From Podarcis erhardii (lineage: Eukaryota), in NCBI GenBank assembly GCA_964252035.1, contig OZ176200.1: DNA of 64,000 nucleotides. One strand, 5' to 3'. Below the pieces are notes generated by a model that saw nothing but the letters and a program-made list of their open reading frames with translations, made no database searches and had not been told where the DNA came from. The stretch's first letter is position 1; the number at the start of each line of letters is the position of its first letter. Of this stretch, positions 51,159 through 63,392 are shown piece after piece. A program made the position numbers and the translations under genes.

Positions 51159-51373
51159 CAGGGTTGTCCAACAGGTCAATTGTGATCTATCTACCAGTCA
51201 ATCACAGGATGCCCCTGGTTGATCCTGGTCGACTGCAGAATCCCCTCCCAAAAAACAACTCTGGTCAATCCAAAAAACAACTCTGGTCAATCCAATAGGT
51301 AGATCACTGTCAGTTGTTGTTGTTTTTTTATAGAGGTTGTAGATCACAGTCTCTTGGAAGTTGGACAGCCCTG
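51159..51373. mobile_element. 215-bp hAT MITE
   Basis: TIR CAGGGTTGTCCAAC / GTTGGACAGCCCTG, flanks TATTATAC / TATTATGG (6/8 match), and an internal 22-bp tandem duplication. Confidence 0.8.
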
Positions 51374-51379
51374 TATTAT

Positions 51380-51493
51380 GGGTAGGTAGCCGTGTTGGTC
51401 TGCCATAGTCGAAACAAAATAAAGAAATTCCTTCCAGCAGCACCTTAGAGACCAACTAAGTTTGTTATTGGTATGAGCTTTTGTGTGCATGCA
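51380..51493 (-). mobile_element. Decayed copy of the same Penelope-like terminal fragment
   Basis: Reverse complement aligns to 18337-18437 with about 13 mismatches per 100 nt (manual count). GAAA is mutated to AAAA and the CTGAAGA core is absent. Confidence 0.75.
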
Positions 51494-52782
51494 AAAAGTA
51501 CAGATGTGCACACACACACACACACACACACACTTAACTCTCTGCAGCAAACAACAATGTGTTATTCAAATACAGGAGCTAGCTTAACACAACATGCCAG
51601 GCAGGCTATTGCTTCATTGTAAAACATCTTTGTCCCCCAAATACTATTAATTGGGTGAGAACTGAAACGTGGATTTATTACATACGTATATCAATTCATA
51701 TTTATACCTTATAAAATAATTATTTCTATATACCAATGTGAAATGCTTCTGTATCTCCAAATAATTTAAGGCTACATAAACCAGCCATCATGCAGACACC
51801 CAAATTCAGTGTAGACATAAAATTCTTGTGGTCCCTCTAGACTGTTGTTGGAGTGCAAGTATTTTCTGCAACATACTCTTGACACACTAATACCGCATTA
51901 CTGGTGGATTTATTGTTGTGCAGTGCTCCCCTAATGTCACTACATTACTGCCGTCTGGAGGAGCAAAAAAAATGGGACAAAAAGAAGCCAGAGCATTTGT
52001 GGTGTAAAAGGTTACAGGATTTCAAAAGGAAGTTATGGAATATACGCTGGTCGGAAATGGAATCAGTGCAACCACCACAAAACTTTAGCAGGCACAAACA
52101 GCACTAAAGGGATCACATGTGACCTCTTCAAAATCACCATGGGCACAAATAATCATGAATGCACTTGAAAAAGGACATCTTGAGGGACCTTCAATCTCTT
52201 AAGCGTACTAGAGCCTGGGAGCCTGCTATAGGCTAACCCTCTTCTTTCCTAGCCCCCTTTCCCTGTTGCATGTGTGCCTGTGCTCCCATCAACACTGGAC
52301 CCATGGGGCAAGCATCCTTGTGCAGTGCCAGGTCTTTTTCAAGTCACTATCAGCATGAGAAAGGTGGAGGGTGTGTGTGACAATAATCCTTTTCCCGGCA
52401 GGTTATGAGGACTGCAGATATTTAAGGCTCATTTCCTAACCTACCGGATAATAAATATTTTTATGTAAAGTTTATTTATTCTTTATTTTGTTTGAGTATT
52501 TTGAGCTGTGTGCGACGACATAATCTACAGTAAGAATGTCTCATTTTACTTCCTGTCAAAGACTGGCCCTGAATTTGCATTTAGATGCCTCTCTAGAAAT
52601 CTCTACTGCATAGCTATAATGAGATAAATTATTGATCTCCACTTACAGGCTCTTTATGAAACTCGTGTATCTTGAACTCCACAAAACTGTGTTACACCAG
52701 CCAAGCCTTAGCCATAAAATGCAATGAAAAGGGGAGGGGGGAAAGGTTTTGCAAATTCCTTCAACAAAAATGGCAACTGAAA

Positions 52783-53025
52783 TTGTTGTTGCAGTTAATT
52801 AAATTTCTATACCGCCCGTCATCCAAGGACCACAGGGCAGTTCACGATATAAAAACAAAAATATGCAAGATAGTAACCAACAAAAACAATACCCCTCACA
52901 GACACACAGTTTAAAGGGCCATAGATTGCTTAATTAGCCAAAGGGCTGGGAGAAGAGGAATGTTTTTGCCTGATGCCTAAGGATATGTAATGTAGGCAGC
53001 AAGCGAGCCTCCCTGGGCAGGATTT
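52783..53025 (-). mobile_element. L2 LINE 3' end
   Basis: TTTCTATACCGCCC..CAGGGCAGTTCAC terminus plus GGGAGAAGAGGAATGTTTTTGCCTG..GAGCCTCCCTGGG. Confidence 0.65.
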
Positions 53026-53511
53026 CTAATTGTTGCAGAGAAATACGAAAGCCACACATCCACATTTGCCCGGCAATGGAATCTTTGAAATAGACCATAC
53101 CTTTGCCGGTAGAAAAGTGGTTTCTAGGACAACTTGCTTTTATATATACCAGTTGTTTTTGAATCTTAGAATTGCTTCAATAACATTATTACTGTGGAAC
53201 TTGATTCAAAATCCATTGAAGTCAGTGAGAATTAACCCACTGAATGTAAAATATTCTGGATCAGGCCCCCAAATGATGGTGTCTTTTATGTTTAAACACA
53301 CTGACACAAATACCTCAGATTTTGTATGAAATACCTATTTATTTTAGGCAGCTAAAGTATGCTAATCATGCTTCAGTGCACATCCCTGTGTTCCTTCCCC
53401 CCCTTTCACTGAACTTTACAAAAGAGCACGGAGAATTGTAACACGAACTGCCAGAGAGCAGGAGGATGGCTTTTATATCTCTGACATGTTTTTTTTGGTT
53501 AATGTGCACAG

Positions 53512-53649
53512 GATTCTGGAATTGACATTGGTGATATTTCTGAGAGGAAAGCCTTGAGGAAAAAGCTACAGTGCAAGACCTTTAGGTGGTACCTTGTCAG
53601 CGTATATCCAGAAATGAGAATGTACTCAGACACTGTTGCCTATGGAGTG
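53512..53649 (+). CDS. GALNT18: GALNT18 coding exon (probable exon 8, 138 nt)
   Basis: Acceptor gtgcacag|GAT, donor GTG|gtaaga. Translates DSGIDIGDISERKALRKKLQCKTFRWYLVSVYPEMRMYSDTVAYGV. Confidence 0.96.
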
Positions 53650-55909
53650 GTAAGAGTCCTACTTATTTACCTTGATTATTCATCGCTGTGGGAAATAATT
53701 CTCCCAGATAACAGCCACAGGACAAACTTGCAGGTCATTTATTTGGTTCATTTATTTAACTGTTTGGCTGCTTGTTGTTTGACAGAGGTGTGATTGTTCT
53801 ACTCTACCTCACACATGCATGCGCTGCTGTATCATCTCTGTTTCTGCTGTGCTTTGAGTCCTTTAAAAGTAGAAACCTGATGCCCACACAGGTACCGAAC
53901 GTAGTCATATGTAGCCTACAAGTGGAGGGGCAGAAAGGAAAGAGTTATCTTCTTTGCTGGGTCACCTGAGGGAAGTTCTTACTCGCCCTATGCAAGTGGT
54001 TATTTATAGAGCTATTTAACAATAGCTAATGTGATCTGACATTTAGAATGCTTACATTCTTCACATTGCGGTTTGTTACCACCCATTACAAGCCATGGTT
54101 AGCCTGCTGGGCTGTGTTCGGACAGTCAAACAAATCACACGTTGACTAAACAAATCATGACTTAGTGTTATCAGTGAAAAACACCGATTTGGGGACAGAT
54201 TCATGTGAGAGAAGATGGGCCTTCAAATATCCTCTTCCTAAATATTTAGGGCTACATTTGTAACAGCCAGCATTTTGAGCTGAGCCCAGAAATCAGTCGG
54301 TAAGCCAGAGCAGATTGAACAAAGTTAGAATAAGAGACTTGGAAAAACAAACCCTGGAAAATTGTGGCTTTTGCAAGAGTGTTTTCTGTACTCCTTTCAA
54401 ATTCAGCCTGATGTAGAGTGCATTGTAGTCATCAAATCTGGATGTGACCAAGTCATGTGTGCAATGGCCCAGTCGGCTTTCTCTAGGAAAGATGGTACAC
54501 CAAATGAATTTGAGCAAATTCCTCATAGCTGTAATTATCTCAAGGCAATCCAGGAGCAATGCAGGTTCCAGAAGCACTCCAGACTGGAATGCATCTCTAG
54601 GACACCTGAAATTGTATTTTTTTTTAATTAATAATATAATACTTCTTAATACCCAGATGGCTTTTGAGCAGTTTACAAAACATAAAAACAAACTGTATAA
54701 CATTGTTAAACTAAGGAATAATTAAAACTACACCATAATTAAAATATGGAATAAAACGATACCATTAAATTATAAAGGGCCATGATAAAAATGTGCACCA
54801 AAACAATCCAATTAAAAGCACAGAAATTAAAACAAGAGAATTGCTAGTCCCTCAGTCTTGTAACTCCTCTGCTAGATAATGCGTGATCAATTTGACATTT
54901 GTGCATTTAAATCCCACTTAAGGTTCATTGTATTCCACGTAGTACCTTTTCTCATGAAACTCAGCATTGAAAAGATGAGAAAGATAGCAGTGTTCTAGCT
55001 GTCAGAAAGTGCCTCCAAATAAAATTAATAAAATAGATTTTTATTCTCAGGTTAACAGCCTATTCCTAATTAATGTATACATGTTAGTCCAATTGCAGTG
55101 CACTTAATGAAAGTTAAAAATAAAATAAAAACTTACAGTATGACCACAGGCAAAAATAATTCTATGTTTGACAAGATGGTTTCTTTTTTAAACACCAGAG
55201 ATCTAAAGTTAACTCAGACTCTCATAAAAACTGAGTTGGTTTCTCACTTTATAAAAAGAGTGTTTCTTATTGTTTGGGATGATGCCTAAGGCCTCTGTGA
55301 CCAAGGATATAAAAATGGAAGTAAAAACAGAACAAGCCCATGGAATAACTGAGTTTTCTGTCACACACTTGTTGGATAAATCCAACATTTATTTGACAGG
55401 CATAAATTAAAAGCTCAGATCAGCCCTGCAAAGGTATCAACTGTGCCAGGCTTCTCAAACAAGTTCTGAAAGAAATCTGAAATACTAAAGGGTACTGGGG
55501 CAAGACATGAAATTGTCTTGACGCAGGAAAGATAAGTAGTGAATGCAGCTGTTCATCTAGTTTCCAAGTGTACTTTTGTCACACTCTGTGCACTGCTTTT
55601 CTAAAATCATTTGTCCTCTAGATTTGTCAGAAAAGCCTTTGCAAATTGACATATTTGACCAAGCCCTCATTGGTGTTGATACATGCAGCTGCATTGTTTT
55701 TAGGGGATTTATTCAAAGGCTTAAAAGTTCAGGATTAATGTTGGTATTTCTATCTGTCTCCATTATTTTCATGAAATGGAGACCTTTTGGAACATGAGAA
55801 TCTGCCTTTCACCTGATCAGCTCAATGGCCCATCTAGTTCAGCATTGTCTACAGTGTACACAGATTCCAGGATCACTCCTGGAGTTACATTGAGGAGTCT
55901 TTGCCAGAC

Positions 55910-56155
55910 CAGATTTATAGATGTATTTAAAAGGAGATTAGACAAAGACATGAAACATTAGTTTATTGATAACTGCTAGTCATGATGGCTTATACTGTCT
56001 CCAGGATCAGAGGCAATATGCCTCTGAATATTAGTTTCTGAGCAACTACTATAGGAGAGGAATTTACTCTCAGGTCATGCATGTGCGCTTCCTATCACAA
56101 TATAGATTAGATATGCCATTGGAATAATCTGACATGACTATTCTTATGTTCTCTT
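55910..56155 (+). mobile_element. CR1 LINE 3' end (an antisense CR1 3' UTR remnant lies at ~55793-55855)
   Basis: Peptide IDVFKRRLDKDM, then a 3' UTR ending TTCTTATGTTCT. Confidence 0.65.
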
Positions 56156-56461
56156 CTTACATATATTGATATGCCAAGAATAGAATCATACAACAAAACA
56201 ACAACACCACAAAGTGGCTTATAAATATAAAACCAAATTTACTAGAATAGTAGCTAGAATAGAGATAGACTTATAACCATTAAAACAACAAACATACTAA
56301 GGTGCCATGTGCAAGACAAAGCCTGGAGATACTGTAAACATGGAGTGGATAAATGTACAACTCTATCTTAACAAGTTACATGTGCAGTAAATGTTATACA
56401 GACTGGATAAAGTTTGTGGTGGTGTTGTTTTGTTGTATTATGATTACTGTCACCACATTTG

Positions 56462-56465
<4 letters not shown>

Positions 56466-56495
<30 letters not shown>
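56466..56495. repeat. (TG)n microsatellite
   Basis: Direct inspection. Confidence 0.95.
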
Positions 56496-56498
<3 letters not shown>

Positions 56499-57209
56499 AG
56501 AATCATGACATGCAAGGTTGCTTGGATCCTATGATAAATTAACTTGGAGGTAATGGAAGCCACCTGTTCTCCCCACCCCCCAAAAATAATGCCTCCCTGG
56601 TCTTGGGCCCTCCTGAACAAACTGTGATGGAATGCAGGGAGTTGCTATTGGGATGAGGGGATGAGGAACTTTACCTCCCATAAATGTTCTTTTGAGCAAA
56701 TTTCCTCACTCCTTTAGCATCCCCCAGCCCACAATCCACCTTGTTCAGGAGGGTCTCTGATCCCCCCCCCCCGGGAGGCTCTTTTGGTGAACTGGAGGGC
56801 ATGTGTAGGGGGTAGGAAATATCCTTAACTTACCCTGTCATAAGTACTAAGAGTCATGGCTTTTCCTTCTTATCATTTAGGACCTCCACTAAAGAGTAAC
56901 CAAGAAAAGGCCAATGCCAGAAACAATACAATAATAAAATAAGTAATCATAAATTCGCTTGTGGTGTTGGGATCCTAGTGATACAAAGATTTTAGAGAAT
57001 TGTAATCTTGAATGTAAATGGTGCATTATAGATGATGCTGTAGCATCACATTATTAAACATTCAAGCAATTTTGTGTTTTACTGCCTATAGGTAGTTAAA
57101 ATTTTATTGCCAAGATATAACTTTGATCAAGTATAATACTTGTCCTATTTTAACAAGCATGTATTCTCTTTTTCCTCTCTCTTTTTCTTCCACTGCCTGT
57201 ACTCTGTAG

Positions 57210-57305
57210 CTGCAGAATTCTCTGAAAAGTGATTTGTGCCTTGATCAAGGGCCAGACACAGAAAATATTCCGATCATGTATATCTGCCATGGAATGACGC
57301 CACAG
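57210..57305 (+). CDS. GALNT18: GALNT18 coding exon (probable exon 9, 96 nt), start of ricin-type lectin domain
   Basis: Acceptor ctctgtag|CTG, donor CAG|gttagt. Translates LQNSLKSDLCLDQGPDTENIPIMYICHGMTPQ, with the CLD lectin repeat signature. Confidence 0.95.
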
Positions 57306-57924
57306 GTTAGTGAGACTAATGATCTGATACCTTGCTGTTTCTTTTAGTAGGACGTGTGGGAGGAACCATATTGCAACTGACAGTGGGTTTTCCCCCTATT
57401 ACAATACCTCCTTAGGCTGTTTATTAGCTCTTTTATAGTAATGGGAGCATTATTTGTGCCATGGTGTTGAGAATCACTGGTCTATTAATTAGTGCCTCCT
57501 TTATTCACTCTTGCACAAAAGAATGATTATAGGGCTATGTTTATCATGATTTGTTGGCATGGGCCTTTCTTATTGATCTTTTTCAATAGAAGTCTAATGT
57601 GAATATAATAGTATGTATTCAAAGAAATTTGTTTCCTCTCTTGCCCTGCTACACTTTTTGAATTACATGATTTCTTTTAAGCATTTGTAAAATGTTGGAG
57701 GTCATTTCTTAATATGCGCAATCCTTCTTCTAAGAAATGTTTTCCGCTTTCTGCTAAGTAAAAGTGGCATTGTAGCTCTCTCAGCTCTTCAGCAAATACC
57801 TAGACACAGCTCAGAGGTCCCACCATTTAATGTTACCTTCTGCTGTAGGAACATTCCATAGAATCATGTTTGCAAGTTTCAGTGGTGCTGCACCAGCCCA
57901 GTTCTAGCCCTATTCTAGCCCTTC

Positions 57925-57976
57925 ATGTTGGCCTTATCAGCCCCATGCTCTAACCAACTGAGCTATCCAGCCAAGA
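57925..57976 (-). mobile_element. tRNA-like SINE head, antisense
   Basis: Minus strand GGCTGGATAGCTCAGTTGGTTAGAGCATGGGGCTGATAA (A-box arm), related to the 33525 head. No T-arm or acceptor stem is present. Confidence 0.6.
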
Positions 57977-59099
57977 ACCTGGGATTAGGTACAACGTATG
58001 ATATACTATGCTATAAATAATACTGTACATCATTTGTTAGCTGTTCTCAGAAGTTTTGTTGAGTGGCCATAGACTGACAAATAAAATAAGTTATTTGATT
58101 TAGCAATATATTAAAAAGTAGGGAGACAACTTTTTTGAGGCGATTCTGTAATCATATGCAAGCCTTTTGTCAAAGGGTTTTATCCCTCTTTATTTCTGTA
58201 GGTTTATTTTTCCGTTGTTCTTGCTTCTGACAGTTTCATGATTTTTGAGTTTACTGTGGAGACTCACAACATTCGCTAAAGCATGAACAAATGTATACCA
58301 GAAGGGGAAAAACTGGCCTTCTTTGCTGGGATCCTGAGTCAATTTTGCTCAGACTTCATGGTCCGTGGGAAGCTGTGTGTTTTACATTTTTGCTGGAATT
58401 TGACTTCTTTTCCTGACTGCTTTCCAAATTGATCACACTGGTGGGATTGCACTTGACGAAATTATGAATGACAAAGACAAAAATACCAGACAGCTTCATC
58501 TATCTTGCTTATACGTTGCACTGACTGAGGTTGTACATTGCACAGATTGGATGTTGAACCAGATCAAGAGTTTATTGTTCCCCTTCCAAACGCCTGTGAA
58601 ATTACGCTAACCAGCATTTGCCTATGGGTTCTCCAAATAACTAACTTCTCTACTTGGTCTTTCACAAGTTCCTGAGAGTCAGTTTTCTTCACCTTCTGGG
58701 AATACTCTGTAACTCTTTTTTGATGTATCATTCATCTCCAGTAATGATGCTGGAAAAACACCCTGCTAATTCGAATTGGAAATTTTAAATGATATTTCAG
58801 AGGCATGCACACAAAATGCTTCCTTTACAGTTAGCATCATTTTGTGTTTTGACTAAACTGTTTTGGAAACAAGTGCAATGTGAGCAAGACTGCTGTATCA
58901 TGCAACCCAATGCTATAAAGCCTTTGCAGTGGCTGAGATTTAGCTCTGTACTCTCGCTACTCCCTGTAGCACAATATCCATTCTCCACGTAATGAACAGG
59001 AAGGGAAGTCCTGCTGCAGGGAAGGATAGACTTGCTATGAAACAAGGAATAGCAATATACCAGGAAAAAACCTTGGGATCATAAAACAATGGACAGTGC

Positions 59100-59235
59100 T
59101 GGCACAGGGAAGGAATGGGGAACTTGTGACCCTCCAGGTGTTGCTGGACTCCATATCCCATCATCCCTGACCATTGGCCATGCTGGTTGGAGCTGATGGG
59201 AATTTGAGTTCCAACAACATCTGAAGTGCCACTGC
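59100..59235. mobile_element. Older, diverged hAT-MITE-like element (similar remnants near 59510-59585 and 63730-63835)
   Basis: CCTCCAGGTGTTG...CCCATCATCCCTGACC...TGATGGGA...CAACATCTG resembles the 136-bp MITE architecture. Boundaries are approximate. Confidence 0.5.
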
Positions 59236-62200
59236 TGCTTTAAGGTGGGTGGTATGCTCACCGATTTTCCAAACTGATATAGAGTGAATGCACATACGAT
59301 ATGCAAATAAATACAGCAACGAGATAAGTTTTAAAATATTTTAGTTGTAAAAAAAACCTGAGTTGCTGTTGGGCTGCTGACCCTAGTCACCACAGAGGTT
59401 TCGTTTCTGGTAAAATAAATTTCAGATTAATTTGCATCACTTTGGTGGCCAGTTTAAACCACACCTTTCTCTTTCTAATGAGCAGGCAGACTATACTTTA
59501 GCACATGAGTGGCTGCCCTGTGGTCCTCCAGATGTTGTTAACCTCCAACGACAGCCAGGATGGCCAATAGTCAGGGACAATGATAGGCATAAGTGCTTTA
59601 GCAGATACACATTTTGGAAAAGGCAGTTATGAACAAGACTGTACACAGCTAAGCCGCATCAATTTATGCGACTAAAACAAGTGGGAAAAGAACTATCATT
59701 AGCATGTTAAAAATGCTTGTGTTTGTGCACAACCTGTTTCATGCAGACTTTCCTCCAGGGATTATGGGCAAAACCCCTCCCCTCTTGGAGAAAAACAGTC
59801 TGGCTTTTCGTGTGTTCAGATATGGTGGGAGTAAAAGCATTTGAGGACACATCCTAGGACTGGTTCCTTTTTTATTAGCTCTAGGGCCATTCCAGAAATA
59901 ATTGAAGTGTCTGGTGCAGACATGGGGAGTTGTTTGTGCCATTCACTTCCAGTATAAGAAGTCTTGCAGCAAAATGCTGAAAGATGAATGGCAGGCATCT
60001 AACACAGTCTGCACCCATCCCTGTACCTTACTAAACCACTGTTGTGCCTTACAGTCATCTCCAGTGTCCTTGTTGGATGCTACAAACATGGGTGTGAAGT
60101 CCTAGCAATCTGTAGGGACATCCTTGGGCTGCTCTGAGTCTCTACCGTATGCCTAAAAATCCTGGATACAAAGAGAGAGTAGTGAAGAAACCAGGGGTGC
60201 ATACAGATGTGAGGCAGGGATTTGCTGCTGCTGCTGCTTATGACATTTATTTGTCACTTTTAAAAGCAAAAAGTAACTTGCAAAATTAAATTAAGCTTAA
60301 ACTCTAGCACTGCATGGCACATTCTTCATTCAGGTTTTGAGAAGTCAAGATTGCATGTCTTGCAATAGGTCTGTGGCTTAGTGTGGTCTAAGGTCAAAGC
60401 TGGCTTCAATGTGCAAGAATTCTGTTCTCAGTTAAATCTCATGAGATTTCTTCAGTCCCTCATTTTTGCTTTCATACTTTTTAAAAGTAAGCTAAATAAT
60501 AGCAGGTTGAACATCTGGTAGTTCAGTTGTGGAGTTGAGGCTAGGAATATGGGGAAATATTTTGGAGCTGGCAGATGAACATTTTACTTAATTTAATTGT
60601 CCTTTCTGTACATTGTGTCAAGCTCTATGACCCAAATGTTAAATCACCTGTTAGTGAATGTGACCCATGAAATATCTAGCAGCCATTTAAATGCTGTGCG
60701 ATACAGAATTTTGTTGTGAATTTGCATATCATTTTACAGTTATCTAAGGTTTTATAGAAATATGGGGTTAAGAAGAAATAACATTTCAAATGTGGCTTGT
60801 TCTTATCCCCTACTTTTGCAAATGAAATAGTTTTTGGTAGAAACCATATCTGAGTGGCATTACCACTGGGAAGCAGGACATTTCATTCAGCTCCAGTTTT
60901 AGGACCACTTCTCCACTGCCAAGACCACATAGAAGTTCAATTATTGCTGTCGATCAGCTGATCTTTGGTTACAAGGACCCTCTTGGAATGTGCGCTCCCA
61001 GCACCGATCAGCAGATGGGTGCTGCAAGCACATCTTCAATTGAGGTTGCCGTAATCGGTGATTGGTGGTTACAGCAACCTCCTTTGAACTTTGATGGATG
61101 CCAATCACTGATTGACATCCTATTGCTTCTGAATGTCATCTGAAGGTTTTGGAGAATGCTGAAGTTTCTAATGCAGTTAACTGAAACTATTTTAAAATAA
61201 AGAGCTTTGTGGTCCTCAGCATTGACCTGCAAAGCTCCTGCTGGCCAAGCGCCCTGACCTTGCTGCCACCTTGCCCTGCCCCATTGTCATCCCATTAAAT
61301 GCAGTGCCACCACTGCCAGGGGAACACCACTGCCCCTCACAAGCCATCACTGGAAACCATGGGTGGGACTTGCGGAAGACTAAGACTGCTTCCAGATGCA
61401 TGAATCCTGGTGCTACCCAGTCATTCTTTTCCATGGTAAGCCACAGTTTCCACGCTATTGGAAGTATTGCACTTTTCCTATGAGTACATCCCACGAGTGC
61501 TTGTGGCATAGATGTTGTATGTGTGAAGGGGAAGGTCCAATTCACCTCTTAGCAGTCTTTTGGAACTAATCGCATCTTCACCATAACCCTTGTGGTAGGC
61601 ACAAAGCAGTCTCTGCATTGTTCGCCTAGTGTGGAAGCAGACTTACATCTAGTCTGGCCATGATAAAGTCAGGTGCATTCACTAGCTGCATTTGGCTGCT
61701 CAGAGAGAGGAAACATGTTCCTTTTTCAAGCTTCTAGATCTCAGCAACTTGTCTTAGGTAGAGTCTTCCTTTCTGTATACAAACAGTAGACCATAGCAAT
61801 CACCAGGGCAATTTTCATCTAATTTTACTGAAATTATTATAAGTTTAGTTCTTTAGCTTCTGTAGCTCCCTGGAAGTAATCATGATTATTTTAAAATGTT
61901 TTTGTTTTTTGTTTTGGAATACATAAAGCAACCCCTTTTAATGACTAAAAAAAAACAACACACCAAACAAGCGGACAGTGATATAATAAATGAACCATCA
62001 TTGATGTAATGTCAACTCTGACCTTCAGCTTTGTCTGATGCAGTTATGACAGTGACATTTATGGTAGCCTTAAATGAATTCTGCTGCTCAAAACATCATC
62101 ACCGAGGGCTGCTAGAAGCGAAAAAGGAAGTTGTCTGTACCAAGCCATTCTTTGTTTCCTGATGTCATAACCGTTTCAGTGAATGAGTAGCTAATCAAAT

Positions 62201-63335
62201 CAGCCAGGTTACTGCAGTTGCCCATCCAAGCTTATATTTCAACAAGACTCTAGAGAGAAAATGCCCTTCTTGGACACAGACAGGCCATCAGCTTCAGCTT
62301 GGGATGGAGGTGGTGGGGTGGAATCTCTGAAACCTTTTAAAATTGTGTTTTTGTAGGGATTAGTCATTTCGGGATATTTCAGTAAGCGTGACGAAGGCAG
62401 TTGGCTGAGCTATACAGGTTCGTTTCATGAGATTCTAGGGAGATATTTTTCTCTCTCTCTCTTGTGCCTAGCTGGCTGGCTCTTTTAGTATCAGCAGAAA
62501 GTTCCCCAGACTCTTGCAAAACACTGAGGGGGGCGGAATGGCCTGCAAAGTGTGTTTGGTGAAGGTTTTATCACTGTGTTTTGATGCCGTGCATCATATG
62601 TTCCATCATTATCGCGTCTGTAATGAAGTAGATGTCTGTGAAGCTGTTTATTTTCTTAAAACTGACTTGAGCATGAAGTAAGCAGCCTGAGGACCCAAAC
62701 AAGGAACAAGCATGCTATTTGAAGTCTCCTCCTTTCCCGAGGCAAACTGCAATGGGTTATTCTTAATTTGATGTTCCCTTTTCTTGATTTTTTGTCCTAT
62801 TCTGTTTATCATAGGACTTTGTCACCTACAATATGAAGTTATAATTTCAATCTAAATCAAAACCCTACAGACCAATAGACCCACCTCCAGATTGGGGGGA
62901 GCACCTAGGCAGGCTGCCGTTGACCCCTCCTCGCCACTGCTGCAGCACTTAGCCTGTGTGCAGAAACAAGTCACAATATGAACTCAGTCAGAGTTTAAGA
63001 TCTCCCTCAAAGACACTGCTCTGTGTACCCTCACCATTTGAAATACCCGTGGGTTCTTGTCATTTTTTGAGGGGCAGGGAGAGGAGGCTCTTTTCAGAAA
63101 TACTTCGCAATTTCCTCCCAGAAAGAATTTTCTCTTTTTTATAAAAAAAAAAAAAAGAATTTTCTCTTTTGATGGCTTTGTGTTGCCACATTGAGGTGAT
63201 TTTATTTCAGCGAGCTCTTGGGTTACGCTGGGTTTGTTGAATATTTTGCTGAGGTTTTTGTTTGTTTGGTTGGTTTGGTTTGGTTTCTCGCTGAAGTTTG
63301 TCATACTCCCTGATTCTGTTTTATTCTCATTTATA

Positions 63336-63392
63336 TTCTTCTTCTTCTTCTTCTTCTTCTTCTTCTTCTTCTTCTTCTTCTTCTTCTTCTTC
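63336..63392. repeat. (TTC)n microsatellite at an antisense L2 tail
   Basis: About 19 TTC units followed by (TAT)n and an L2-type terminus. Confidence 0.95.

Noticed and set aside
27389-57305. Assignment to paralogues GALNT8, GALNT9 or GALNT17
   Set aside because: Peptides such as SGFIKVVRHNKQEGLIRSRVSGWRAATAPVV and CLDQGPDTEN match GALNT18 as recalled. The exon sizes (184/198/115/186/138/96) also fit my recollection of GALNT18.
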